Source of the DNA: Defluviitaleaceae bacterium
GTDB lineage: Bacteria; Bacillota; Clostridia; Lachnospirales; WQUN01
Assembly (NCBI GenBank): GCA_009781765.1
Contig: WQVC01000001.1
Location: forward strand, 14,774 to 78,773
Direction: 5' to 3'
DNA length: 64,000 nt
Shown here piece by piece: positions 37,541 to 47,041 of the stretch. Position 1 is the first letter of the stretch. Each line of letters starts with the position of its first letter. A program made the translations under genes and the position numbers. Below the pieces are notes generated by a model. It did not search any database. It saw nothing but the letters and a program-made list of their open reading frames with translations, and was not told where the DNA came from.

Positions 37541-39952
37541 TCACGCTCTCACAAGCCGCGCTAAACCCGACATAAACTTTTTTTGCCCCGCGCCCGGAAA
37601 CTGCACGGTTACTTCATAATCCGCGCCGGCCGGCGTGATTTCAAGAACTTTGCCCACGCCGTATTTAATATGCTTCACATTGTCGCCGGCGGAAAAATCG
37701 GGCGGCGCGACTTTTGTTGAAAATGTTTTTTTTGCCGGGGGAACTTTTGAAAAAGTTCCCCCGGCGCCCCCCTCAAAACTTTTCTTGAAAGACCGCGCTT
37801 CGCGCGGTTTTTCTGCCGAAGCCGACCCGGCCGCTCCGCGATGCCCGGATTCACGGGGGGCAATGCTCCAACTTTTACCGGAAACCTCGCGAAGCGAGGT
37901 TTCCCTGAAGGGGTCAAGGGGACGAGTCCCCTTGTGGGGGTTCGGGGGCTGGTCGTCCGCCTGTCGGCGGACTGCTCGCCCATGCATCCCGGGCGAAGCC
38001 CCTGAGGCCTTAACGTTGCGAGCCTCGCCGTACATATTAACGGAAGTGATGCAAGTCGCCGGTACGTCGTCGAGAAAGCGGCTTGTTTTGTTGCGGGCGA
38101 TGTGGTCGAAGCGGCGACGCGAAATCGCGTGGGTGAGATAGAGGATTCGGCGGGCGCGAGTGAAGCCGACGTAGCATAATCGGCGTTCTTCCTCCATTTC
38201 CGAGGGAGTTTGGGCGTCGATTGAACGGGATGTGGGGAAAATATATTCCTCAAAGCCCACCATGAACACCACGTTAAATTCAAGCCCCTTCGCGCTGTGA
38301 AGGGTCATTAACGCTGCGGCGTCGGCGTTTTCGTCATAATTGTCCACGTCGGCAACGAGGGCAACATCTTCGAGAAATTTGCCCAAAGATGTGTCGTCGG
38401 ATTCGTTTTCGAAGGCGCGAGCTTTGGCGAGAAGCTCCTTGAGATTCTGCTCGCGCTCCGCGCCCTCGGGCGTACCGTCCTGAATTGTGCGGATGTAGTC
38501 GGTGTCGTGCAGAATTTTTTCGATAAGCGCGAGAACGCTGTTTTCGGCGGAAAATGCGGCGCATTCGTCCAGATATTCGGCGAATTGTTTGGCGGGCGCG
38601 GCTTTTTTGCCCAAATCGTGTATTTCGGAGGCGCGGGCAAGCGCCTGCGAGAAGGTGAGTTCGTTTTCTGCCGCGAACGCCTGAATTTTTGCGATTGACG
38701 CGCTGCCGATTCCGCGCTTCGGTACGTTTATTACGCGAAGGTGGGAAATATCGTCGGCGGGATTGTTGATTGCCTTGAGATACGCCAGCATGTCCTTGAT
38801 TTCCATGTGTTCATAGAAGCGTACACCGCTGAAAATGCGGTACGGAATGCCGCCGGTTACGAATTGGTCTTCGACGGCGCGCGACTGTGCGTTTGTTCGA
38901 TAAAGCACGGCGAAATCGCTGTAACGCGCCCCTTCGCGAATGCCGCGCGCAATCATTTGCGCAACAAAGTAGCCCTCGTCGCGCTCGTCGCGGGCGGTGT
39001 AAATGCGAATCGGGCCGCCGCGAGCATTTTCCGTCCACAAACGCTTTGCGGTTCGTTCTTCGTTATGAATAATTACGGCGTTCGCCGCGTCGAGAATTGT
39101 TGAGGTTGAACGATAATTTTGCTCCAATTTGATTACTTTCGCGCCGGGATAATCCTTTTCGAATCGCAAAATATTTTTTATATCCGCGCCGCGCCAACCG
39201 TAAATACTTTGGTCGTCGTCGCCCACAACGCACAAATTTTGCGCGTAACCCGAAAGATGCCGCACAAGTTCGTATTGCGCGTGGTTTGTGTCCTGATATT
39301 CGTCAACCATTACGTAACGAAAGCGATTTTGATATTTTTCGCGTATGTGTTCGTGTTGGGCGAAGAGTTCGGCAGTTTTGAAAATAATGTCGTCGAAGTC
39401 GAGGGCATTGCTGTTTTTCAGGCGTTTTTGATAAAGCGCGTAAACGTCGGCGATATTGCTTTCGCGAAAACTTCCCGCGACCATGCGTTCGTATTCCGCC
39501 GGCGAAATCAGCTCGTTTTTCTGCGCCGAAATTACTTGCGCAACATATCGCGGCGGATAATTTGTATCGCTCAAATTTTGCTCTTTGATGCATTCTTTTA
39601 TGAGACGCAGAGTGTCGGCTGTGTCATAAATCGAAAAGCCCGTTTTGTAGCCCAAATATTCAATTTCGCGCCGCAAAATTCGCGTACACGCCGCGTGAAA
39701 CGTGCTTACCCACACCTGCTCGCCGAGCGACGTTTTCGCGCTGATTCGCTCGCGCATTTCCCGCGCCGCCTTGTTCGTAAAGGTAATCGCAATAATATGA
39801 TACGGGTCAACCCCCGTTTCAATCAGCCGCGCAACACGATATGTAAGCACGCGCGTTTTTCCGCTGCCCGCCCCCGCGAAAATTAACAGCGGCCCTTCAA
39901 GATGCATTGCCGCCTCACGTTGGGCGGGATTAAGCTCGTCCAAATAATTCAT
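37541..39952 (-). CDS. pcrA: ATP-dependent DNA helicase PcrA with ~80-95 aa repeat-derived insert before the C-terminal domain
   Basis: LNPAQREAA, AGAGSGKT, DEYQDTN, VGDDDQSIYGWRGA, TLHSAKGLEF, and YVGFTRAR. I moved the start to the ATG at 39952. Confidence 0.92.
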   Translation of the reverse strand: MNYLDELNPAQREAAMHLEGPLLIFAGAGSGKTRVLTYRVARLIETGVDPYHIIAITFTNKAAREMRERISAKTSLGEQVWVSTFHAACTRILRREIEYLGYKTGFSIYDTADTLRLIKECIKEQNLSDTNYPPRYVAQVISAQKNELISPAEYERMVAGSFRESNIADVYALYQKRLKNSNALDFDDIIFKTAELFAQHEHIREKYQNRFRYVMVDEYQDTNHAQYELVRHLSGYAQNLCVVGDDDQSIYGWRGADIKNILRFEKDYPGAKVIKLEQNYRSTSTILDAANAVIIHNEERTAKRLWTENARGGPIRIYTARDERDEGYFVAQMIARGIREGARYSDFAVLYRTNAQSRAVEDQFVTGGIPYRIFSGVRFYEHMEIKDMLAYLKAINNPADDISHLRVINVPKRGIGSASIAKIQAFAAENELTFSQALARASEIHDLGKKAAPAKQFAEYLDECAAFSAENSVLALIEKILHDTDYIRTIQDGTPEGAEREQNLKELLAKARAFENESDDTSLGKFLEDVALVADVDNYDENADAAALMTLHSAKGLEFNVVFMVGFEEYIFPTSRSIDAQTPSEMEEERRLCYVGFTRARRILYLTHAISRRRFDHIARNKTSRFLDDVPATCITSVNMYGEARNVKASGASPGMHGRAVRRQADDQPPNPHKGTRPLDPFRETSLREVSGKSWSIAPRESGHRGAAGSASAEKPREARSFKKSFEGGAGGTFSKVPPAKKTFSTKVAPPDFSAGDNVKHIKYGVGKVLEITPAGADYEVTVQFPGAGQKKFMSGLARLVRA
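37733..37971. repeat. family A composite element A8, in frame inside pcrA
   Basis: GGGGGAACTTTTGAAAAAGTTCCCCC, GACCGCGCTTCGCGCGGTT, GGAAACCTCGCGAAGCGAGGTTTCC, GGGGACGAGTCCCC, GTCCGCCTGTCGGCGGAC. Confidence 0.85.
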
Positions 39953-40153
39953 AAGGGTCAACTCCTTTGCGCAGAATATTATACCGGGTTTCGCGAAAAA
40001 TTTGCGGCGAAAAATTTTTTCAAAAGTTTCCAAGGGTTCGAGGTAACGCCCCCGAGAACTTAAAAAATTAACTCCCACAAATCTGCACTTGCTAAATCGC
40101 GCATAATATGTTGTAATTCTTTCCGGTACGTTATAAAAGAAGGTGCGGATTTC

Positions 40154-41113
40154 ATGGACATTACGTTTGATGAGGGCGTTAAACTTACAGACAGTGTTAT
40201 TAACGAAAAATTAACCGGGTTTACAAACGGCTTACAAACTGTAACGTCGTATCTTACCGGGTCGAAAGGCAAGGGAGTTCGCACGGCTCTGTTGCTTCTT
40301 TCGGCGACGCAAAAAAACGGTTTGATTAGTTCGAAAGCGGCGCGAGCGGCGGCGTCAATTGAGATTCTACATATGGCAACGCTTATTCACGACGACGTCA
40401 TTGATAATGCGCCGTTGCGTCGCGGCGTTCAAACTGTTCACGAAAAATTCGGCACGAAACAAGCCGTAATTTGCGGCGACTATTTGCTTTGCATGTCCAT
40501 GAACCTGATTTTTGAGCTGCTTGAAAAAGATGAGAACACGCGCTATGCAAATTTGTTGCGAGTGTTGACCAAGGCGATTTCGCGGATTTGCATCGGCGAA
40601 TACGAACAAATGCTTCAAAACGGCAATGTTGACATCGACGTGACTAAGTATTTGAAAATAATTCACGGCAAAACGGCGGCACTTTTTTATGCGGCGTCGC
40701 ATTTCGGAGCAGTTTTCAGCGACGACACTAACGAAGATATTCGGCGCGTGTCGGCGTTCGGCCGGTATTTGGGCGTAATTTTCCAGGTAATGGACGACTG
40801 CAAAGACTTCATGTTCACGGAAGAAGAGGCGTTAAAGCCGGTAAAAAGCGACACTTCGTCCGGCGTGATAACCCTGCCGTTGATTTTCGCGATGCAAAAA
40901 AATGCGGAACTCCGAAATCTCGCGAAGCAGGTTATGCTTAACAAATTCGACAGCCTCGTTTTAGCCAAGGAAGTCATCGAAATCGGCGGCGTAACGGACG
41001 CGAAAGCCCTCGCGCTGCGCTATAAAAACAAGGCCGCAAGAACAATCGCCGATATTTCAAACACGCAAAAAAAAGACGCCCTTCTGAGCGTTTTGAACGA
41101 TATCGAAATATGA
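40154..41113 (+). CDS. polyprenyl diphosphate synthase family protein
   Basis: First DDxxD motif LIHDDVIDN and second FQVMDDCKD. Confidence 0.85.
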   Translation: MDITFDEGVKLTDSVINEKLTGFTNGLQTVTSYLTGSKGKGVRTALLLLSATQKNGLISSKAARAAASIEILHMATLIHDDVIDNAPLRRGVQTVHEKFGTKQAVICGDYLLCMSMNLIFELLEKDENTRYANLLRVLTKAISRICIGEYEQMLQNGNVDIDVTKYLKIIHGKTAALFYAASHFGAVFSDDTNEDIRRVSAFGRYLGVIFQVMDDCKDFMFTEEEALKPVKSDTSSGVITLPLIFAMQKNAELRNLAKQVMLNKFDSLVLAKEVIEIGGVTDAKALALRYKNKAARTIADISNTQKKDALLSVLNDIEI

Positions 41114-41979
41114 CGGGTCTGATGAAAAAGCTCAAATACTACGCAAATCACACGCTTTTTTTAACAAGCCTTACCATTGTGTTTCCCGCAGGGGTCGCGA
41201 TTGTTTTTGCCGCAGAAGGGTTGCCGGGCGTTCGGACAATGGTCTGGATTTTTGTCGCGCTGATTGCGACGCGACTGGGCGGAAATTCGTTTAATCGCAT
41301 CGCCGACCGAAAAATTGATGCGGCAAACCCCCGCACTGAAAACCGCGACATGGTTTCCGGGCGCATAAAACTTGCGGAAGCATGGGTGCTTACCGTTATT
41401 TTTTTTGGCGTTTTGGTGTTCACCGCATGGAATTTAAATTTCTTGTGCTTCATACTTTCGCCGGTTGCAATCGCGCTCGCAATCGGCTATTCCTACACGA
41501 AGCGATTCACATGGCTTTGTCATTACATATTGGGCTTTATTTTCGGCGGCGCGATTGTCGCGGTTTGGATAGCGATTCGCGGCACGGTAGAATTTTTTCC
41601 GTTTTGGTTCGGCGCGGGAATGATGTTTTGGGTTGCCGGACGCGACCTCGTTCTCTCGACGCTTGACGAGGACTTCGACTCCGGTGCCGGGCTGCATTCG
41701 ATTCCCGCTCGTTTCGGCGTAAAAACCGCGCTCGCTGCCGCAACCCTGTCGAAGCTCGCTTTTTTGGCGATTTTGGCGTCGTTTCCGCTGTTTATCCCGC
41801 AACTCGGTGTGCTTTATCTTGTCGGTATCGGCGTGATTTTCGCGTTGCAAGTCGTCGAGTTTGCGTTGATTAACCCGCAAAAGCGCAAACGAATGCTGAT
41901 TACATCGTTTGCTGTCAACAATGTGATTATCGTGGTGTTTTTCGCGGTTGCACTCACAGACTATTTTTTGTACAATTGA
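41110..41979 (+). CDS. UbiA-family aromatic prenyltransferase
   Basis: NSFNRIADRKIDAANPRT motif and 8-9 TM segments. The start overlaps the upstream stop. Confidence 0.8.
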   Translation: MTGLMKKLKYYANHTLFLTSLTIVFPAGVAIVFAAEGLPGVRTMVWIFVALIATRLGGNSFNRIADRKIDAANPRTENRDMVSGRIKLAEAWVLTVIFFGVLVFTAWNLNFLCFILSPVAIALAIGYSYTKRFTWLCHYILGFIFGGAIVAVWIAIRGTVEFFPFWFGAGMMFWVAGRDLVLSTLDEDFDSGAGLHSIPARFGVKTALAAATLSKLAFLAILASFPLFIPQLGVLYLVGIGVIFALQVVEFALINPQKRKRMLITSFAVNNVIIVVFFAVALTDYFLYN

Positions 41980-42035
41980 AGAGAGTTTTGAAAAATGCAG
42001 CGAGCTGCGAACGGGCAATTTTTCAACACTTTCTT
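41980..42035. repeat. miniature family C hairpin (TIRs with a short core)
   Basis: AGAGAGTTTTGAAAAAT..ATTTTTCAACACTTTCT, directly after the ubiA-family stop. Confidence 0.6.
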
Positions 42036-42064
42036 GAGGGCAAAAAATTTTTGAGGAGGGACAT

Positions 42065-42445
42065 ATGAAACGAGTAATTAAAGCAGCAACCTTTGCTTGC
42101 ATGATGGTTTTCGCGCTTGCGATTTTTGCGGGTTGCGGCGGAACAGGTCACGGCGAAGGCGACAGCCACACCGCCGCGCTTGTGGGCGAGTGGGACTTAC
42201 AGGGAAGCCTGTACTACACATTCAACGCCGACGGCACCGGACGTATGCTCGGCGCGGGCAATATTCGTTGGGCAACAAGCGGCGGCACATTGTCGATTTG
42301 CGTAACGCCGGGGTTTTGCGGCAGCGTAAACAATTGCAGCGGCCCGACAACTTGGGACTACACTCTTTCGGGCAACAATTTGACCATGGCCGGTCACGGC
42401 AGAGGTCCGGTTATGGGCGCGACTTATCAATTAACCAGACGGTAG
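42065..42445 (+). CDS. putative lipoprotein
   Basis: Signal peptide with lipobox IFAGC. 126 aa. Confidence 0.65.
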   Translation: MKRVIKAATFACMMVFALAIFAGCGGTGHGEGDSHTAALVGEWDLQGSLYYTFNADGTGRMLGAGNIRWATSGGTLSICVTPGFCGSVNNCSGPTTWDYTLSGNNLTMAGHGRGPVMGATYQLTRR

Positions 42446-42549
42446 CAGAGAGTGTTGAAAAATAGCTTGACCGGCATCTCGGAAGATGGCGGTTTCAGGT
42501 CATTTTCCGAGATGCGGCATATGCGAAAGCGTAATTTTTCAACACTCTC
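42446..42549. repeat. family C TIR element, copy C3
   Basis: CAGAGAGTGTTGAAAAAT..AATTTTTCAACACTCTC. The core is the reverse complement of the C1 core. It abuts the lipoprotein stop. Confidence 0.9.
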
Positions 42550-42561
42550 CGGTAATATTCC

Positions 42562-42733
42562 GAGACCTCGGACTCCGCCCAAACCCTCTCGCGTACTGCG
42601 TACGCCGGGCGGACGGGAAGTTGGGTTGGGTCGGAAACTTTTGAAAGAGTTTCATCAAAAAAACCGCGCGAATGCGCGGTTTTTTTGTGCTTCGGGGCTG
42701 CACGATTCCGGGAAAAATCCCCGTCACGGGGGC
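42562..42733. repeat. family A variant element, copy A9
   Basis: GAGACCTCGGACTCCGCCC (as in A1), GAAACTTTTGAAAGAGTTTC, AAACCGCGCGAATGCGCGGTTT. Confidence 0.75.
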
Positions 42734-42863
42734 AAGAACAAAGGGCTAAAACCTTCGACGGTGCGACAAAGGGAGACATTTTATTTAGACGCGCTTGTAC
42801 ATATGTTCCAAGGTATATTTCTGTTTTTTTCCTGTTTCGCATACTATCCGTTTTTGCGCGACA

Positions 42864-43165
42864 CTAGCAATCTACCGCAAATACGAATTGTGAACAAGCA
42901 ACGCTCGGTGGTCTGATACTATGCACGTATTGCCCCGGAGATTGAACTCCGAATCCTTTGCATATATCATAAGTTCCGCTGTCGAATATTGGAGCAATGC
43001 CGAGCCATTCAAGAGTAATGGCGTTGCGAATTGCTCCAATATTACAAAAATGCCTGTCTTCGTTAAGTATCAGATAGTCGAAGACAATCATTTTGTCAAT
43101 GCCCTCTTTTGCGCTTGGTATGCCGTAAGTTTTGCAACAATCTGAAAAATGTTGATGGAAACTCT
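42864..43165 (-). pseudogene. hipA-like kinase fragment (C-terminal part only)
   Basis: ..IDKMIVFDYLILNEDRHFCNIGAIRNAITLEWLGIAPIFDSGT aligns by eye to residues of the full copy at 44980-46245. There is a stop upstream and the sequence diverges after FDSGT. Confidence 0.75.
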
Positions 43166-43206
43166 ATTTCGTCTGCTTTGTATAGTTCCTATACTTAAAG
43201 CATTAG

Positions 43207-43482
43207 GGCGTCGTTTTCATCAACGACAACGAAAGCGGCTTGCACAGCAACTTCGAAAAGTGGTTGGAAAAACTCGCGCCCGAAAAGCCTCACAGTCAAT
43301 ACGCCCACAACGGCTACGAGGATAACGCGGATGCCCATTTGAAGCGCACCGTCATGGGACGTGAGGTGGTTGTCGCTGTCACCGAAAGCAAGTTGGACTT
43401 CGGAACATTGGAGCAAATCTTTTACGGAGAATTTGACGGCATGAGGGACAAGTGTGTTCTGATAAAAATAATCGGCGAATGA
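43207..43482 (+). pseudogene. YjbQ/UPF0047 family gene, 5'-truncated
   Basis: [52 protein letters not shown] matches the C-terminal two-thirds of YjbQ. It is preceded by an in-frame TAG. Confidence 0.65.
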
Positions 43483-43635
43483 CAAGTTTTCATAGATGCC
43501 GGCGGTTGCCCCGTGGTGGATATAACCGTGAAATTATGCACAAAAGCAGGCGCAGAGTGCGTAATTATTTGCGACACCGCCCACCGGTTTGCAAGGCTCG
43601 CCGAAGCGCACAGCGGAACAAAATATAGCGTTTGA
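43483..43635 (+). pseudogene. YaiI/YqxD (UPF0178) fragment
   Basis: QVFIDAGGCPVVDITVKLC.. resembles the N-terminal IxxDADACPV motif. There is no start codon and only ~50 codons. Confidence 0.5.
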
Positions 43636-43677
43636 AAATTCACTGCGAAAACTTTTGCATGAAGGGATTTGATTCTG

Positions 43678-44026
43678 ATGAACACACTGATAGCAGTATC
43701 AATCGCGCCATTTGGCGTGGGCGATGAACTTTCACAGTATGTAGCGGAAGTTGTGAAAGTTATCGAAGCGTCCGGAGTCATGCCGCACGACCTCCATGTT
43801 TACGGAAATCGAAGGCGATTGGGACGAAGTTACGCAGGTTGTGAAAGACGCAACATTCGTGCTTGCAAGCAAGGGCATCCGCACAAATGTCGTGACGAAA
43901 GCAGATATTCGCCCCGGTCGCACAAATCGTCTGACCGGCAAAGTCGAAAAACTCGACAGTATTTTGGGCGAGAAAAGAGGGCGGATTCAGGCTGGTTTCC
44001 GAGATGCGGCATATGCGAAAGCGTAA
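43678..44026 (+). pseudogene. MTH1187/YkoF-type thiamine-binding protein gene, frameshifted
   Basis: Frame 1 reads MNTLIAVSIAPFGVGDELSQYVAEVVKVIEASGV. Frame 2 reads MFTEIEGDWDEVTQVVKDATFVLASKGIRTNVVTKADIRPGR. The 3' end runs into repeat C4. Confidence 0.65.
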
Positions 44027-44043
44027 TTTTTCAACACTCTCTC
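43978..44043. repeat. family C element, 5'-truncated copy C4
   Basis: GGCGGATTCAGGCTGGTTTCCGAGATGCGGCATATGCGAAAGCGTAATTTTTCAACACTCTC. The left TIR is missing. Confidence 0.8.
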
Positions 44044-44201
44044 AGACGACTTTGGCAACCAATTAGATTGTATAAATGTGGGTTGCTTGCGTATTTTTCA
44101 TCTGCGATACATGTAGGAATACCGATTGATACATTTTTCACTCATTCTTGGGAATGCTACGGTAAGACAGCAAAAACTTTAGAAAAATCGGAGTGAACAA
44201 T

Positions 44202-44495
44202 ATGGAAAATCAAAATTCATCCGCATTGCCGATGATGTCTGTGAAAGAAATTCCCCAAGCAAGCAACACCGCCGCACAAATTACCGCACTCGTAAAAGAA
44301 AGCGGAAAAGTGGTAGGTTATCAGCTTTCAACCGGTCAAACGTTGGGTAAAGATGAAGCCGTAGCGTTAGCGCGTCAAGGCGGAATCCAAGGCGTCGGCA
44401 TTTCCGAACGCGACGGAAATGAATACTTGAAATCCATTCCTGACGGCACGGAAAGCAATAATTTGAACAATTTGCCGGCTGTATCTTTTACGTAA
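44202..44495 (+). CDS. DUF3892-like small protein
   Basis: ITALVKESGKVVGYQLSTGQTLGKDEAVALARQGGIQGVGISERDGNEYLKSIPDGTESNNLNNLP fits my recollection of the DUF3892 pattern. Confidence 0.5.
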   Translation: MENQNSSALPMMSVKEIPQASNTAAQITALVKESGKVVGYQLSTGQTLGKDEAVALARQGGIQGVGISERDGNEYLKSIPDGTESNNLNNLPAVSFT

Positions 44496-44534
44496 ATTTT
44501 TGCTCGGGAACACACGCGCAAAGGAGAGATTGAC

Positions 44535-44657
44535 GTGGCGAAGAAAAAGAAAAACGTGTTTAACGATGGCGTTAAAAATGCCGAGGATAATGAAAATATC
44601 GGTGAACGGCTTAATATGCCGGTAGGCAGCAAACGCCCCCGAAAAACCGCAAAATGA
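44535..44657 (+). CDS. possible 40-aa basic protein
   Basis: AAGGAGAG RBS 6 nt before a GTG. Not in the ORF track (<60 aa). Confidence 0.25.
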   Translation: MAKKKKNVFNDGVKNAEDNENIGERLNMPVGSKRPRKTAK

Positions 44658-44848
44658 TTTTATGGTGAGTCAAAATAATTTTGCTCGCGCTTGCGCGATA
44701 GCGAAATTATTTTAGACGAACGCCCCTCACCGACGAAGCGAAGCGTAGGGGGTGGGGAAAATTTTTCGAAGCAAAATATAGTCGGTCAATATTAAATTGA
44801 CCGACTGTATACCGTTCCTCAAGCCCGATGTTTAACATACTGTATTTA

Positions 44849-44958
44849 GGCGACCTCTAAAAACCCTAATTTTCGCATACCTCGCTCCTCAGAAAATGGC
44901 TTGAAACCACCTTTTCTTGCGGAGCTTCGGAGCTCAAAAAGGGTTTTTGGAGGTCGCC
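44849..44958. repeat. family C TIR element, copy C5
   Basis: GGCGACCTCTAAAAACCC..GGGTTTTTGGAGGTCGCC. The core is related to C2. It lies 21 nt downstream of the hipA-like stop. Confidence 0.85.
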
Positions 44959-44979
44959 TGTGTTGTCACAGCCACAGAT

Positions 44980-46245
44980 TTATAAATCCGGTTCATCGTT
45001 CCCCACAGTTTTCTTTTTTTGCGAAGGCTGTTTGACAATATTTTTGTGAGCTTTGATTTTTTGTGTAACAGATGGAATTTCCAAGTCAATACGCATTTGC
45101 TCCACAATTCCGGCACGGCGCACAACAGCGTTTCCGATAGCCTTGGCACGTTCGAGTGCTACCGTGCTTGACCTTGCAAATATTTCGGCACAATCAGACT
45201 CGATGCTTTTTAGCGCGTCGTAGTCAAACCAATTCAAACTTTGCACAAGTTTAAGTTGTTCGTCGTGGTTTTTCCTGAACGGCTTGGATTCAACCGCAGA
45301 GCCAACTCTTTGCGTGTTATACCAAAGCGATGTCCCGCTGTCATAAACAGGAGCGAAGCCAATCCATTCCAAGGTTTCGGCATTTCGCAAAAAACCGAAA
45401 TTATTGTAATGCCTATCCTCGTTGGCGATTATATAATCAAGTGTCAACATTTTATCAATGGCTGAGATGATGCCGGTCATTTCCATCCCAAGCCCTTCGC
45501 AACAACGCAACAGATGAGTCAGCTCCGACTCGTTGTTGAGCCGCTTCATAGTTTGAACGACCCTCCACGCGGGCACAAGCTCTGTATGGGAAGTAATGAA
45601 ATTTTCGCATACGCTGTATGCTTTTTCCCCTTCAGAAGCAGGCTCAAAAAGCAAGTCATAGGCGATGTGTGGAATTTGCAACCGCTTCATAACAGCGGTG
45701 GCAACAACTTCGTTAAAAGGCTCTTGCTCAAAAACTCCGCTTCCGCCTTTGATTAAAACTCGCTTGCCATCTGCTATGCTCCATTTTTTTCTGAGCCAAC
45801 CGTCCGAGGTGCAGTCCGGCGAAAGCATATTTATCGTGCCTTTGGGGATATTGCCAAATAATATCTCGCCAATATCCCCCGAAAAATCGTTGTCGAAGAA
45901 ATTTACAGCACTCCAATTAAGCCCTGAATCTTTGGGCTTTATCCAATATTGGTCAGACAGGCTCAGACCGTAGCATTTGACGATAAGGGCGGCGGGTGTC
46001 CGTAAATCCAAAGCGCAAAGAGCCGCCTCTATTTTATCTCGGCTTGCGGGAATAGAGCGACCAAGCCACCAATCGTTGAGGGCGGCTCGGTTTGGCTTGT
46101 TTTTATCTGCGCGCCTTAACCCTGTCGTGCCTATGGGTAAATGTTCGGGAGCATAAATTGTACCGATTTTATCAATATAACCGTTGTCAGGGTCAATTTC
46201 CACGTCCGCAATAGATATGTTTTTATGCATAAGTGTGCAAGTCAC
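44980..46245 (-). CDS. HipA-like serine/threonine kinase (type II toxin family)
   Basis: 421 aa. Catalytic-loop region LDYIIANEDRHYNNFGFL and APVYDSGTS. GGAGGG RBS 6 nt before a GTG. Confidence 0.75.
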   Translation of the reverse strand: MTCTLMHKNISIADVEIDPDNGYIDKIGTIYAPEHLPIGTTGLRRADKNKPNRAALNDWWLGRSIPASRDKIEAALCALDLRTPAALIVKCYGLSLSDQYWIKPKDSGLNWSAVNFFDNDFSGDIGEILFGNIPKGTINMLSPDCTSDGWLRKKWSIADGKRVLIKGGSGVFEQEPFNEVVATAVMKRLQIPHIAYDLLFEPASEGEKAYSVCENFITSHTELVPAWRVVQTMKRLNNESELTHLLRCCEGLGMEMTGIISAIDKMLTLDYIIANEDRHYNNFGFLRNAETLEWIGFAPVYDSGTSLWYNTQRVGSAVESKPFRKNHDEQLKLVQSLNWFDYDALKSIESDCAEIFARSSTVALERAKAIGNAVVRRAGIVEQMRIDLEIPSVTQKIKAHKNIVKQPSQKKKTVGNDEPDL

Positions 46246-46454
46246 AAGTCACCCTCCTTTACGCAAGGCTGTCATTGTAAAATGAATTCGAGCGAACCAA
46301 TTTTTAACTGATTCTAACACGGCAAAGCCTTGAAAACAAGGATAAACGCTGAATTTGCCTATATTTCCTCACCTTTGTTTTTCGCCTTTTTATGCTCACC
46401 GCGCTCTATTTGACACTTGCATTTCCGCACAACTTCGTTGACCAGATATTTTAT

Positions 46455-47041
46455 TCAATCATCAAATTTGCCAACATATAGCTTGTGAATTGCAACCACG
46501 TTTTTAGGATAAATATTGATGCCATCCGGAATATCAACTTCAAAAATGCATTGCAAGCTATCTGCCGAAAGCACTTTCAAGTTCATATTTATTATGGCCG
46601 AAGCTGCAATAACAAAAAGATTTTGAAGCGGTTTTATCTGTCAGAACAGACTGCCTTGCCCACGGGCAGTGACACGCATAATACCGTTTCATATTCCTTC
46701 ATTGCAACATCGTCGATTTTTTGATTAAAGAAAAGTTCACCGGACTTGTGACATTCTCTGGGTGCATTAAGGAGTTTGGCATTCAACTCATTGATTAACA
46801 AATCTACATCGTTAAGGGTTAAATTTTTCTTGTCGCTTTCCTTAAATGTTCAGGTGAACGGGTTTCCTTTTTTCCGGGCGCATTCGTAATTTTCCTTTGT
46901 CGTGGCGGACAGATGCTTTTGCTCGATTTTATATGTAAAATCGCTCATATCATCTGCCATCCAGCCCACTTCCGGCATTTGCACGTCTTTGAATATATTT
47001 TCCCATACATAACGCAGGGATGGCATTTTTGTTTGGGGCAA
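46455..47041 (-). pseudogene. disrupted ORF of unknown function (in-frame TGA plus frameshift)
   Basis: The 63-aa ORF ends at a TGA (46850-46852). The same frame continues TFKESDKKNLTLNDVDLLINELNAKLL.. for 71 more codons. A third piece follows in another frame. Confidence 0.5.

Noticed and set aside
40154-41979. The polyprenyl synthase plus UbiA-family prenyltransferase pair considered as part of a novel pathway.
   Set aside because: This is a common two-gene arrangement for quinone or lipid prenylation, and nothing in the sequence itself is unusual apart from the repeat hairpin at its 3' end.
46850-46852. In-frame TGA considered as selenocysteine or programmed readthrough.
   Set aside because: There is no obvious SECIS-like hairpin immediately downstream. 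The gene has a further frameshift and lies in a region full of pseudogenes, so decay is the simpler explanation.
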